A stretch of 64,000 nt of DNA from Balanoglossus misakiensis (Eukaryota > Animalia > Hemichordata): contig CM082578.2 in the NCBI GenBank assembly GCA_040954595.2, positions 6,309,519-6,373,518 on the forward strand. The letters run 5' to 3'. Made by a program: the position numbers and the translations under genes. Positions 24,927 to 38,600 of the stretch are shown piece by piece. Numbering within the stretch: position 1 is the first letter of the stretch; every line of letters starts with the position of its first letter. The notes below the pieces were generated by a model that saw nothing but the letters and a program-made list of their open reading frames with translations, made no database searches and had not been told where the DNA came from.

Positions 24927-25713
24927 TGCAATGTGCCATCACCACCACACACACAACAACAAACACACCAAACTCCACAACATCAAAGAGACAGACACAT
25001 CTTTGTGCTTTCATAACAAACAAGTAGAATATATTCTCCCTTGTCAGTACAACATCTACAGATAATCAGTTGTACAAAAGGTGAAGAAAGCCAGGTTGTT
25101 TTTTCTGCAATAAGGGTTTCTGTCTACTGGTTTATGTTGTAAGGCCTTTGATCTTCAAACTGGAGTTCTAGCTAGGAAAGACTAGCTGTAAGTAAAGACA
25201 ACTCAAATTCTATGTAATATCAATTCTTAAGTTATCTTTTTCTTTTCAGAATCCACATTCCCACTTATAACACCCTTGTGACTTTTCAAAATACCTTTTT
25301 TTTCAAGTATACACGTTTATAACAGCAAAGAACAGATTTTGCTTTTTTTTTTAAAGTTACACTATACAGTTAAAGCAAGCAATAATTTTTGTGTTGAGCA
25401 CTAAAATATCTAGCGCGTCATCCGATACAACCTTTTCCCTCCAAATTCTCCTGGCGGTAAATTATCGAACACCGACTGAGGAGCGAAACGGTTGGACAAT
25501 GTTTCCTTCAAAAGCCGTGCTTGGCTTCTGCCATGACTGGACAAACATTTTCCTACGTGTGCTAAAACTTTGACACTTTCATTGTAGTTCACCAGCTTCC
25601 CCCATCTCAATTCTGATACAATGTTTCAAATATTTGTTTAACCTTTTTTAGGTAACACACTGCAAGTAATGCCCTTAACTGAAAAAAATTGGATAAGAAA
25701 ACAGTTTCCGTCC

Positions 25714-25715
<2 letters not shown>

Positions 25716-25746
<31 letters not shown>
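25716..25746. repeat. (TAA)n microsatellite
   Basis: About 10 TAA units. Confidence 0.9.
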
Positions 25747-26390
25747 CTATAGCTGCACATTTCCGACTCGCGCACCACATTCTGTCCCTGTCAAGCCATG
25801 GCAGAAACCAGCACCCCTTTATTCCCCGGCAAGCAGACTAGACGGGGGAGACAGACAGAGGGTGAGAGACACCCCAACTCTGTCCCTCCCCACACCTCCC
25901 CTCCCAGGGGACTATATCCCCCCCAACACACAGTTACCGTGCACATCGATTGAACCATAACCAACTGTCACATTTCTAGAAAGCTGTATTTTTTTGAAAG
26001 TGTAAGTTCAGAATACATGTCAGCAGAGTTTCCCAACACCAATTATGTGCTTCCAACGTGTCTATATTTGTATAACAAGACTAGGATAGGCTAGGATACA
26101 TAGTACAGCAGAGATTATGTGGTGTGAATATATATATATACCAGTTTATGCTACGAATACATGTTTAGTAATTTTCGTACCAAAAAAAAACACTAGAAAC
26201 AGAAGGAAATCATGTACTGTCATTGGTATGAATAAATAATTTAATCTTTCAACAAGTATTAGCAAAAAATAGGTTACCAAAATAGTTTCCAGACTTTTTC
26301 TCCCATTCCCAGGTGATCAGGGGAACATGTCCATTTCAGAAAAAATAGTTGTTGATCCTTTGTCTTCAAGCTCGACAAATTTGTCACTGA

Positions 26391-26481
26391 TTACCTTTCA
26401 TCCCCATTTCCATCTGTAGAAGCACAACTTCACCATAGAAAACAGTGGATTTGGATCAAACCATAGTGGTGAAAGGGTTAA
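26391..26481 (+). mobile_element. piggyBac-like MITE copy
   Basis: ttacctttcatccc ... ccatagtggtgaaagggttaa. Confidence 0.75.
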
Positions 26482-28449
26482 GCGCATTCTTTGGTAGGAG
26501 GGCTATTTTTCCCCTTCTATTTCATTCTGAACAGTACATCAGAAATCTAAAAGATACGGGAACCCCCCCCCCCCCCCCATCTTTTGTAGACCTATTCATT
26601 GGGCAAAAAAGGAACATACAAAATTATCAAACTCAATTCAGATCAAATCAACCCAAGACTAGAATGGAAACTTTTTGTTCATTGGCAAAAAAAGTACTTA
26701 TTACTTTCGTCAAAACTACAAAATAAGGGAAAAGGTTACCAAAAATAAAAATGTAACTGCTTACGCTTTTAAAAACCAACAATGCAAGTTCATCACGAAG
26801 GAAGTTTCAAGACTGGGTGAATTCTTTAGTGGCCAAGACATTCCACCAACAAGAGTTTGTCTGATATGAACCGTTTTTCCAAAAGTGTTATTAAACTCTG
26901 CATGCAAACAACAGAGAATTTGGATGATACGGATTAACAAACAGAACCATGGCCAGCTCTCATCTGGAATGATAAAGTGCTGTCAGTCAACTTTCTCAAA
27001 ACTTGTCAAAAGGTCACTCTAAAAATGAAGACAACTTGAAATAGGTACACGAATTCTACAACTGACAGTATACAACACAAAATGCCTGTTACATTTCTGA
27101 AAAAAAAATCAGAATGGTACAACTGTTTTGCGGACTCAAAGCAAGTTTATCTCATCCGCTGAATTAGTTTTGTCGGGGATCAGACGACATCACTTTCAGA
27201 CGTTCTACGGGCAGTGTATGAATATGGTGGCACTTTTTCACATGGCCACCCAATGAATATCTGCGATTGGCAGGATCTGTACTTTCCAAGCTAACCGTGG
27301 TGCTCGTATGACTTTGTACCTTCAAGAGTTCAAACATGTTCCCCCTCTACCCCCTCCAACTACCACCTTTTCACTTCACCCCGATTCTGGATTCATTGGT
27401 CCATCACACCCAGTAGGCAGGAAAAAAGGGTGCGTGACAGACCGAAATATATACTGGTGAACAACGTAATTATTTAGTATGAATTCAGTCGGGTGTGCGA
27501 GATAAAACATGCTTTGAGAATAAAAGTTGTAACAATATGACAAACTGTAATGGTTTGGATGGTTGCTATTGCTATTATAAAATGTGGCAGTGTGTGAAGA
27601 CGTTACAATATTCTGGCCTTGTTTAGCATGTAAAAACTGTGAGGTAATAACCGCCTACCAACCGAAAATAAAGAACGGTTGTAGAGTTCAACTATTATAC
27701 TGAAAACTGACCCTACGGATTGTGTGTGGCAGTGACAATACATGACAGTGAGATTAAAACAGACTTGAGAGGCTATCACAGAGACACTATCGCAGTCTAC
27801 AAAATATTCCATTATCAAACTTTATCAGGGCTCCACAACAAACACCATTTTTCAACAACTTTCCAGGACTTATTTTTATTTCTTTTTTTCTTCAAATCCA
27901 TGATCATAGACTCGTAGGGTCTATGCTTGGATTTAAGTAAGGCTTGGAAAAAATTCAGGTATATAAACGATTGAAAGGCAGGTTGTGGTCGTACTAAACT
28001 GGGGACTACCAGGATGCACGATACAGCATTGAATGGTTTTGATTGGATGCAGGGCACAGGATTGGACTGGAACAGGGGTTAAAGGTCAACTGGCAGAAAG
28101 CACATGGCACTGAATGACAGGGGGTGGCAAGCATCAGATTTGGGAAGGGGGCACATACAGCATGAAATGACACTACTGTAGCGATGGGAGCAGGGCCCGC
28201 AAGATGCAAAGCACACACAGACACTGCATGGCAAGCACACATTGGACGCAGAACACAGCAAAAATGATGGCACTCTATTGAATAGAGAACACAGCAGGTT
28301 TTATTGCTTTTTTTAATAAATGCAAAACACCGACAATCGATCTATGGTATATAAACAAATAGGTGCAAATCATCAAATTTACTGATAGCCTGTTCCGTAC
28401 AGGTAATAAAGGCAATCCATGGTTTTTCTCGTGCATACAGCTAGAAGCT

Positions 28450-28915
28450 ATCGTCTCTATTCCAACATCTCAGACACACAATGATTGACGGTCTAATTCC
28501 ACACATGGATAGCAAAAGCAGACAGCGTGTATGGCAGAATACTCGATTGACCATTTCAGTAACATGCTTAGCATTCACTGATGGCCCAATTCCACCCTGG
28601 CATAGATTTCAAGTACGTTCTCTGGGCAGACATGGTGTATGTACTCAACTGTCTATTCCCACTGAGGCACAGCATTGAGCGACGATAAACACAGCGCAGA
28701 CATAACAGATGGTCTATTCCCCCACACAGGCATTCAACGATCTATTCTACATGTCTATAGCAGACGATGATCTATTCAACAAAGGCATGCAGTCTACCCC
28801 ACAGGCATGCACATAGCTATGGTCTACTGGGGTGCAAGCATTGGTAACAGCATGTATCATCAAGGGTCTACAACACACCCTGCATTCAAGCATACCATTC
28901 AATAATTGTCTACTG
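28450..28915 (-). repeat. Degenerate ~30-nt repeat / RTCTAY motif cluster in the FAM120A 3' UTR
   Basis: gtctattc/atctattc/gtctac-type motifs at ~28455, 28491, 28651, 28712, 28740, 28753, 28770, 28792, 28822, 28867 and 28908. Confidence 0.6.
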
Positions 28916-29619
28916 CATCCGCGCACAGCACCCATAAAAGATACTGCACAATGACACAGCAGTCAATGGCTGCGGCACTCACTGAGAGGGCAATAGACCT
29001 ATAAAAAAACAATGCCAAAATTTCAAAATGAAATTACAAGAGTATATTTTTTGTCATATGGGGTTTTTTTTCAATAATTAATGGAAATGACAAATGATGT
29101 CGAATTTTAAGTAACTAATTATTTGGGGACAACTAATACAAGTGGTGGGGGGAAAAACTTTGAAAATAGAGAAAGTTTAGGTAGAATTCAGAGTTGATGT
29201 CAAATTGACATTTTAAAGTACTATTCCATCAGTTATTCTGTTTGTCAGGATTGATTGGTATTTCTTTTATAGGAACAGAGGTCGTGATTATTATTCATGA
29301 CAGGTTTCATCGTCTTCATAAAAAATGTTGTTTGATTTTTGTACTTTGTATTATTGTAACACCTGCTACAACTTTGTCTGTTCTTGATCTACAAAATGGC
29401 AGTGTGTGCTTCTTGGTTTTATATTTTTTTTACAAAAAAGCTCCTTTTGTATGACTGACTTTTAGTTGGGAAATACTCCCCAGACCGAACCCTGTTTTGT
29501 GTGTGTGTCTCTATCGCTACTTGTTAAAGATGGCTATCGTGGTTATCTACATTCCTCGGTGTGTACGGGTCCAGGGCTACAGTCAAAATCAGAGTTCTTT
29601 TTCTTTCTCCCCCATCAGT

Positions 29620-32600
29620 CTACGAGCTTTTCTCGGGTGTTCTCCCCATCTCCACGTTGACGCCGCTGTCCGGGCTGTCGCTGGAATTGCTCTTCTGCAG
29701 GTGCAGTCGAGCTTCGGGGCTGCTGTACTTCAGCGGGAACTTGGACGCCTCGGTGCCGTTGCCGTTGTCGTTGTGCTGCGGGAAGTCTTCGTCGTCGTCT
29801 TCGGTCGCCGCGATGCTGTCCACCACCGAGCTGACCACCGAGCTGACGATGTCGTCGCCGATGGTCTGGTCTTCCGCGTTGCCGTGGTCATCGCCGGCGT
29901 TCGCGGCGGCGAACTCGCCTTCGGGCGGGGCGGGGGCCTGCGGCGGCGGAGGCTGCTGCTCCTCGATGGTGCTCGTAGTACTGGCGTTGCTGCTGCTGCT
30001 GCTGCTGCTCTCGGCCGACTCCTCCTCGCTGCCGCTGTCCGCATCGCCGTTGTGTCTGGCCGAATCGATGGGGCTCACCACCGGCTGGGCCAGCTCGCTC
30101 ACGTGTATGCTGCTGTCGCCACTCTGTACTGTACAACCCCTTCCGACACCGCCGCCGGCCTTCTGCTCTGTGCTCTTGCCGGTCTTGCTGACTTTCTTCA
30201 CATTTGCATTTTTCTTCCGCTTGCCCATCCCGCCTTCCATCTGCGTGTGAACAGAAAAGAAATGAAATGAAACTCAACTAGCACCCAGTCTTGACTCTTT
30301 CAAGAGGAAACTGAAGACATATTTGTTTAAAAAGCCTACGGTGTGTGAACAACCATTGGGCACCACTGAACAGAACCTTCTGGATTTTGGCGCCATATAA
30401 ATTTGTTCATTGATTGAATGAAACTCCAGGTAAACACATCAAAGCCAAAGCAGTTAAACCTTTTCTGGTTATTCCTGGGTGCATTTTTGATGGGGGTGTA
30501 ACACAGAACATGCTGTGTGGTTGTTGGGCAAACTGAGAGTCATAATCTCAAAGTATTGAGACTACTGAGTGCCTGAAGGAACAGTGGAATTTTTATGGAA
30601 CACAGACTGCTGCAAAGACGCTTACCTTCGAAGTGGGACCTGTGTCACTGAATCCCCACAAAGCTGCAGATTTAGCACCATATCTGTAGTATTCATTGTA
30701 ATTCCTTCCTCCTCTTCCGACCCCCCTCGTTCGTCCCCTCAGAGCACCGCTGGACACCACTCCGTATCCACCCCTACGGAATCAAAGAAACAGGGAGGAA
30801 GGTCTTTAGCGAAAAAAATGTGAAAATCGCCATCACATGCACTGCACCAAGGGGATGGATGGCAACAGTAGTGATGGAGACAGGCTTAGGGTTAGTGACA
30901 TATGTGATGCAACATGGCACTTTATTCCATAGTATCAATAACAGCGCAACTGATCAATGTTGTATTGCATTGTGCGGATCTAGTCACATTCTCCATGCAA
31001 AGTTGGTGTCATATTGGGAAATCTGGGCATTGGATGGAAAACAAGACCTGGTTCACATCTTCTGAAAAAAACCACTAACACTATACATGTGCCAATTTTG
31101 CAAATATTGAAAACTATTTACCGGTAAGTTAACTGCTAATATCATATGATACACCCCCCCCCCCCCCCCCCACCCAAACACTTCCCCAACAGGCATTAGA
31201 AAAATAAGACCAAGGTAAAAAGCTCAAAGTGTCAAACAAAATTGCCAAAATTCACTGACCTTCTTGGTGGTCCAGCCATAGCTGGATGTGGCATCTGACT
31301 TCTTCCCCGTCCACTCCTGTTCCCAGCCCACTCACTCACAACTACTCCAGCCACTTCTAGCTTCCCACCTCTGTTGTTCATGGAGTGCTTGCCTGTAAAA
31401 CCTAGCGGACCCAAATCACAAATAAGTTGAGTTCTTGTTTAGAAAACCACTCTCAACACGTTCTTATCAAAAGCTTTCAGAGTCGTTCAAAAGACTGGTA
31501 AGTAGAGTGGCTTTTGATGACATGAAAAACAAGTACTAGTCAATGAACTCTGCCGACACGTCCATACAAACTACTACAAACAAAACATTGACTGGTGTTA
31601 GCCACAGCGATTACCACTGTTAGCAAACTTGATGGGCCTGAGGATAAAGCAAACGATGGTTGGTGAGTGTGACCTTAAACATGAGCGGTGACTGCAAAAT
31701 GACTAGTGACCATTACTATTGCTTGCAAGACCAAACATGGTGATGGCAAACTTAACGTACATGTAGCTGGGTAAAAAGCAAATTAGACAAAGAGTTAACG
31801 GTGAAACTAAATTAAAGGATGGTATGCGACACAAAATTTACCACTGACAGTTAAAACAAGATGCAACTGGTGACTGTCGACTCCTCACCGCTGGTGTGAC
31901 AGTGGACCTCAGCACACTGACGGCTAACTAGACGTGACCGGTGAGGTGGCAAACTGTTCCAGGCACGACACGGTGATTACTAAGTGCTACTATGGGGGAG
32001 AAACAAGAATGAATGGCGAGAGCAAGCTTTGCACACAATGATTACTATTTTACCAGCAACTAGGCATGACAGGTGAGGGGATGATAAATGGACATAAGCA
32101 AAAAAATGAAGCTGCATTTATACATGCAAAGCAGACAGGTTCCCCCTTCCCCCCAATCCCAAGCTAGGGATGATACAATTTCCGATAAAAACCATGCCCC
32201 AGAGGACAGGAAAGAACAATGCCTACCTGCCATGCCCCGTTGTCTCGGCATAGGTGCAAAGGAACCAGACGGTCGGAAATTAGGATACATTGGCTGATAA
32301 CCATACATACCACTGTTCATCATCTTGGGCAGGGTCGGCTTGGCGAACACTAAATTGTCCGAGATGCCCTCCATGATCACCTGGCGCATGCGCTCCACTT
32401 TGCCCACCTGGTCCATCTGTGGCACAGACAACAAACACACACGGGTGGTTATAAAACAGAGCCTTGAGTACTGGGCTCTTTCCTATCAGCATGTTCTGTG
32501 AGCAATTACTACTGCAGTGCATTTCAATGAACATTAGCAAGTTACCCCCCTCCCCCATCCTAAGACTGGATGACAGCATGTATTGTTAGGTATCAGAGCC

Positions 32601-35600
32601 TACTAGAGACCTATTTGGAAGACAACTTACTTTTTGAACAAACGAAAAACTTACAGAAGACATCAGCACAGATAATACCAGTTTGTAAAGTCAGACATAC
32701 TGGCAAAGACATTGCTAAGAAATCAGCAATCTTTTTCCCATAAAAATCCGCTGTCACAAGATACTCCAAATGTATACATGTAGAAAAGACACATTACTTT
32801 TGGTATCAGCTGGCAACAAGTAGTGTCATTATATATGCAAAGCACACCATCTTACCTGTCCATCACACACCTCCTTCAGAGATTTACTCTGGGTGAATTT
32901 GTACAATTTATATTGGAACAACTTTCCATCAAAGAACAGCCAGGGACAGCAGTTGACCCACGGGACAGGTGAACCACACGCATCATTCGCTGTCAGTGCT
33001 GCCTCCACACCTCGCATGAACAACGCCGCTAGTTGGATGCCTCGTACAGTAATATGTGGAATCTAGAATGTTGGATATGAAGTTTGAAAAATGTAAAACT
33101 GCATGTAAATGCATGTATTTTCTGGATGCAGTCTACACACGCATTACTGCAATATAGCTTTAATATCATCGTACAAACTTCTGCACCTAGTAGACTTCAT
33201 CCTCATCATCATCATCATACTTTAATAATAAATAATGATAATAAATAAATAAATAATAATCAAAATGGCTTTGATCTTGACTTTATGAACGCTTTGGGGC
33301 ACACCTACTCCAATGCCAACCCTTACCTGTAACTCTTGAAGTGCATTTGGGTCGTGGATTATCGGCGACACGCTCTGCGACAGAAATGCGTCCAACTCAT
33401 GACGCCTCAGGACCGGGTACTTGGACTGTAACATGTATCTAGAACAGACGACGGAAAAAGGACACAAGTCAGATTTTGCCGTGAGTTCGCTAATCAGGTC
33501 AGAGTACAATCCCCACAGTATAGAAGACTGGTGATTCAGTTGGGCTGTCATTTTATCATTTATCAACCCGCTGGGTATTAGAATGGAGTAGAAGAGTTGT
33601 CATATATACAGTGACAGCGAGTCTGACATGCTACTTGGTATGCCAAAGGTGCAAGATAGGAGATGGGCAATTACATCATCGGGGCTATCATGCAAAGTCT
33701 TGTAGACTGTACTACAACTGCAGTGAACACACGCAAGTCAATGATCAAGGGCGTGGACACGAGGCAATCAAGTGACCTCACCTCAACACGCAGCACATTA
33801 TTATAGCGTGTCTCGGCACATACGAGTTCTTCATCATCCCGGGGGTGTCGCTCAGCATACAAGACAGGAAGGCACGGGTACGGATGTTTTTGTCTTGCAG
33901 GGTTCGGCCACACCACAGCTGCCTGCACGGGGGTATCGGCCAGGGCAGGGCCACCGCCTCCACCAGGTCGGGTTTCTGTACAGAGCTGTCTTTCCGCACG
34001 CACCACTCCTTAATAATTACAAGGCGCTTGTTCCTGGAAGCTGTTCAAAAGAAATGGCGATACACAGAGAAATTGAGGACTTTTCTCAGAAATTCTCACT
34101 GTAGTAAAACCTGAGATCCAGGTTGATATAGAACATCAATATAAGTTCAGACATCATATATATATTTGATCTTGACCGTAATTTCGGATTAGCTTGTTTT
34201 TTCCGCACATTATCAAATGGATAGAACAACTCCAGTTCACATATCAGTGCAAACAAGCCATCCCATCAAAACTTCTCGCGATTTCTTCTGCTGATCTGCC
34301 TCTGCTGTCGAAAATTAATTTTTTTGCGAATTAAAAGCAGCGACAACAGAAATTCTACTCTTTTTGATTAAAATTCTTCCGTGAAGATTCAATTTCACAC
34401 CGAATGAACAAATCTTGAAATCAGTTCTGAATCTTGTACAGATCACAGAATGAACTCTCTGAGCTCCGGAAAAGACAGTTCGGGAATGAAACAGCGTCCG
34501 AATGACACAAACAGTGCACACCACTTACGTTTGATGCTCTTTCGTCTCCTGGCATTGAGGTGCTGTACACTGTAGAGAATTCCGTAGACGTATTGTCTAA
34601 CCAGCCGGAATAATAAGGCAGACGATGGAAGCTCCCTGCTCGTCTCATCCTCTATTGTACATGGAAGTTTAATCTCTCCCTGTGTGCACACAGACATCGG
34701 AATGAGTTATTTTTTTTCAGTCAAATTGAAATACTCCACACACGATAAGCAGCATAGGGAGATCAGAGTTGATGCACAGTGTTATTTAAAGGTACATGAC
34801 ACAGGCACTGGCCAGTACAAATTTCAACAACCATGATTCAAAAGATGCTCGAGACATGCCAGAGTGTATACAGTACATACTGCTTAAATATCTGGCAATC
34901 AAATATCATTTATTGTTTATTCCCATCCCAAGAAATACCAGCTTTATAGCTGCTGTTCCCAATCACACAATTAAATTAGCGGTAGTACATGAGGTCCTCC
35001 CTCAATTTTCCAATCTTTATGCAAACTATAATTTTCTGAGTAGTTTTCATTGAAAAGGTGTACTGTATGTGTTACAGAATAATGCACATTCACTCAAAAT
35101 TCCAAGACTAAGCAGTCTTTTGACAGTTTCCACAGAATTCTAGCAGTATTAACAGCCATTTAGCGCATAATAAATTCTGCACTAAAGAACTGTCAAATCC
35201 TGTCTTCCAAGAACAATTTCACAAAAAAATTTACACGTCAAATGTTACGATACCTCAGGTGATCATTTTAGCTAATCCTGTCACATCACAGACAGCCGAA
35301 TCAATTGTCCATACTTGGTTTGAAATAATACAACGTTCCAGGGACTCTCGTCTGGGAATGCAGTCCCATGAACCTTGTGTATTAGCCGCAACTCAACGGC
35401 AATTGACTGCTGGTCAACTGACATTTACAGACACTGATATGCCCATTATCTGATAAAGCCAGCAGACATAATGGGGACCGGTCTCTCTTGGGAGACGGAG
35501 TTCGTTTTATGACCCGACTAGGCACCCAAAACAAAGAGGACATTAACTTGAACGTTTTCGCTGTAATTTATTTGGTGGTTTTCACATTGAACTGAAACGA

Positions 35601-38600
35601 CTTTTGGGGGTTGAGTCACCTGTCTGGAATGTCTGCCCATTGTATGTTCACAAGTGTCACTGTGGGACTCGCAGAGTCCAGGTGTACCAACAGGAAAATG
35701 CAAACTGTTTCCATCACAACGTCATATGCTCACCACAGAGTGCTTCTGGGCCAAAGATGTTTTCAAACTATTTTTTTCACAGCCACTGTGTATTGTGCTT
35801 GTATCATTTGAGCCAACACTGCCCCCCCCCCCAAAAAAAAAAAAAATCCATCCTCTACCACCAACCACAACAAAATTCAAATTTCCCACTTGTTATCGTT
35901 CAGGCTCTCAAAAATACCAATTTCAAGTGGAGCAATGGCACAGGAATTCCACAAGAGTTCTTGGTGCGGGCAGATGAAAAAAAAGCACACAACACAACTT
36001 TGTCTTTCAGTATGTGCTTGGTAAAACACAATATCACAAGACACCTATGGAAGGTGAGGGCACACTCTATGCCCATACAATTTGGGTAGCGTTGAAACTC
36101 GTGGAATTCTGCAAATATGCATTCTTAGGCTACACTGCAGGTTATCAATGGGTAAAAGGGGGTCCCATAAACTCTATTATATAATTGTATGCTTGTTTAA
36201 TTTTCATAATTTTTTTTTTCATAAAAGTCATCCCCGATATGATACACATCAATTTTTTAAGGCATTCCAGTTGGATATATTTGTCCAAGATTCCAGGGAT
36301 AAATTTCACACTTCTGGGAGTTTCCCAGCCAAGTGTGAAAAAACACCCACCAAGTCAGACTTACGTTGGAGAGCACTTGGTATAACAGCGGCATCATGAG
36401 ACCCTCCTGGAGCCGGTGGTGGGCTATCCTCAACACCTCGGGTGCCACCTGCGGCAGCTTGGGCACATCCACTATCATACAGGGGGGAACGGGCTGCGAC
36501 ATGAGGGACGGAATATTGGCAGTGGATGAACCGGCCGAGCTGGTGTTGCTGGCCGGTGTCGAGGGCGTCGAACTTGTCTGCGAGGCACTCTGCAATGAAG
36601 GGTGGAACGATTATTATAACAGGGCGGGTGGAAATAACGAACAGGTGGACACACGGCACAGATAACGCCGACATTGCCCAGTCGTGCGTAGCATGATAGA
36701 TGACACACAAGAATGCAAAATTTAGGTACTGAATTTCATATTCGTATTATACACGAAGCTGTGTGTTCAGAGCAGGCAAGAACTTAGAACTTGTAATGTT
36801 ATTGTGTATTCAGGCAATAGGCTATCACAGTACTGGGTTAATGCAGTAAAACTTTGAACAGTGCACAGTGACCATACAGGAGGATGAGTTAATCCCCTGT
36901 GAGCCTGCAGAAGGGAAACAGTACTAGGCTATAGTGACAACCTATTGAGTGAACACACACAAGCCTTCATATAAGAGTAAAACCTGTCTAAGCTAAACCT
37001 TGTCCAATCTGGATCCTTTCAACACCATACACCTTTTCCACTCTCCCCGCAAAGAACCTCATTACAACACCCTCTGTAACACAAATAACCTCTACAAACC
37101 GAAAAATGTTTTCAACCTGTTTGGGGTCTGGATTAGACAGGTTTTATGTACATGCCGTGCCCCTAAATTGACCTACATTACACGCAAGCTACTCACCACA
37201 GGGCTTTGTGGTGGAGTTTGCATTGGTAGAAGTGGCGGCGCCGTCTGCGGCGAAGGCTGGTCGGCCCACGCTACTTGCTGCGTCACTTTGTCGTTGCTTG
37301 TACCATTGCTGCTGGTGCTGGTCGTACTGCTGGTCTCAGAACAAATCGCATCACTGCTCACAAAAAACACACAAAAAAGCAACAGATGAGACATGTATGG
37401 TGTGTGTCACACGACTACAAAGATCCGACACACACTTGAGAAGATGTAAAAGATTGTACGACCTTACTAGTGGACATCTCTGAAAACAGATTTAGCTAGG
37501 GGGTACCCCCAAAATCACTGAATTTCATGAAAATTGGAGGAATGGCATTATCTGGGTACCACCAGTCAGATCTACAATTTAATACAAGTGTTAGGAAATG
37601 TATGGCGCCAGCTATGAACAACATCTGAAGTTTCGTCAAGAACAGAAAAATTCTTCTTTGTTAAAAACTTCACTCCGACCTACCCCTGTTTCGGTTGATC
37701 TGTAACAGTACTGTTGATTGGTGTTTGTTGTGTATCCTGTTCAAGAGAGTCTCCTTCATTCGTTGTGTCTTCCTCGAGGTTCTCCAGCGTTATGTCGGCC
37801 ATGCCCTTCTCCAAGTCTTCGTCCATCTGCGCCCTCATCTCACTCTCAAACGCCCTCTCCAGACCGGTCGGGGCCGGCTCGGGTGCCTGGACTACGATCT
37901 GGGGGGCGGTCGCACCACCGCCGGCTGGGTGTAGGTGTGTGTGTTCGTGCAGACCGACTGCGTTGGTGCCGCAGTGCTCATTGGGCGGCGGATGCCAACC
38001 CTGTTGTGTTTTGAAAGTACAATTTTTTTGTCAATTCGAAAGATGATCAACTGCAATGTGTCAACTTACAAACCCAATGTCAAACTCAAAGCTGTATTTT
38101 TGAGCTGTATACATGTATATAAATCAGTGACCTCCAACATACAGTTGCATTGGGTATGCCTTGTAAACACAGCCCCAAAGATTCTCCCAGTCTGTCAAGT
38201 AAACCTGGTTGTATTGTAATGGGAGCCACACAATCTGATCAGACTCATTTTCGATGTTTAAGTATTAAACTGTACAGACCTGATGATGTGCTGGATCTGT
38301 ATAGCCCGGACTCTCATAATATTCTCCTATCATGCCATACTGGGTCATCATTGGATGGTCCATCGGGCGAGGTGACGGTCTAATATCTGTAGAGAAACAC
38401 AAATTGGGTTCAAGTAACGGTGTACAAAACTTTGGCCAAATAGGCACAACACTATCAGCTCTCCTAAACACAATTCAAGTGAAGCATGGGAGAACAGACA
38501 CAACAAACACTCACTCCTCTTCTGTCGCCAACCTTGGCGAGTTCCGCCATAGAAATAGTTGACGCACTGCTTGAAGCGGGCGATTTTATCGTCCATCTTG

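Noticed and set aside
29520-29622. Stop-codon readthrough of FAM120A
   Set aside because: The TAG-A context is not a known leaky signal and the short extension has no recognisable motif.
29497-30270. Long plus-strand ORFs (257 aa, 229 aa) and alternative-frame minus ORFs
   Set aside because: Shadows of the GC-rich last FAM120A exon; low complexity and no independent gene signals.
34255-34310. Possible extra FAM120A cassette exon (EADQQKKSRE)
   Set aside because: No convincing donor in the required phase; the flanking exons already join in frame.
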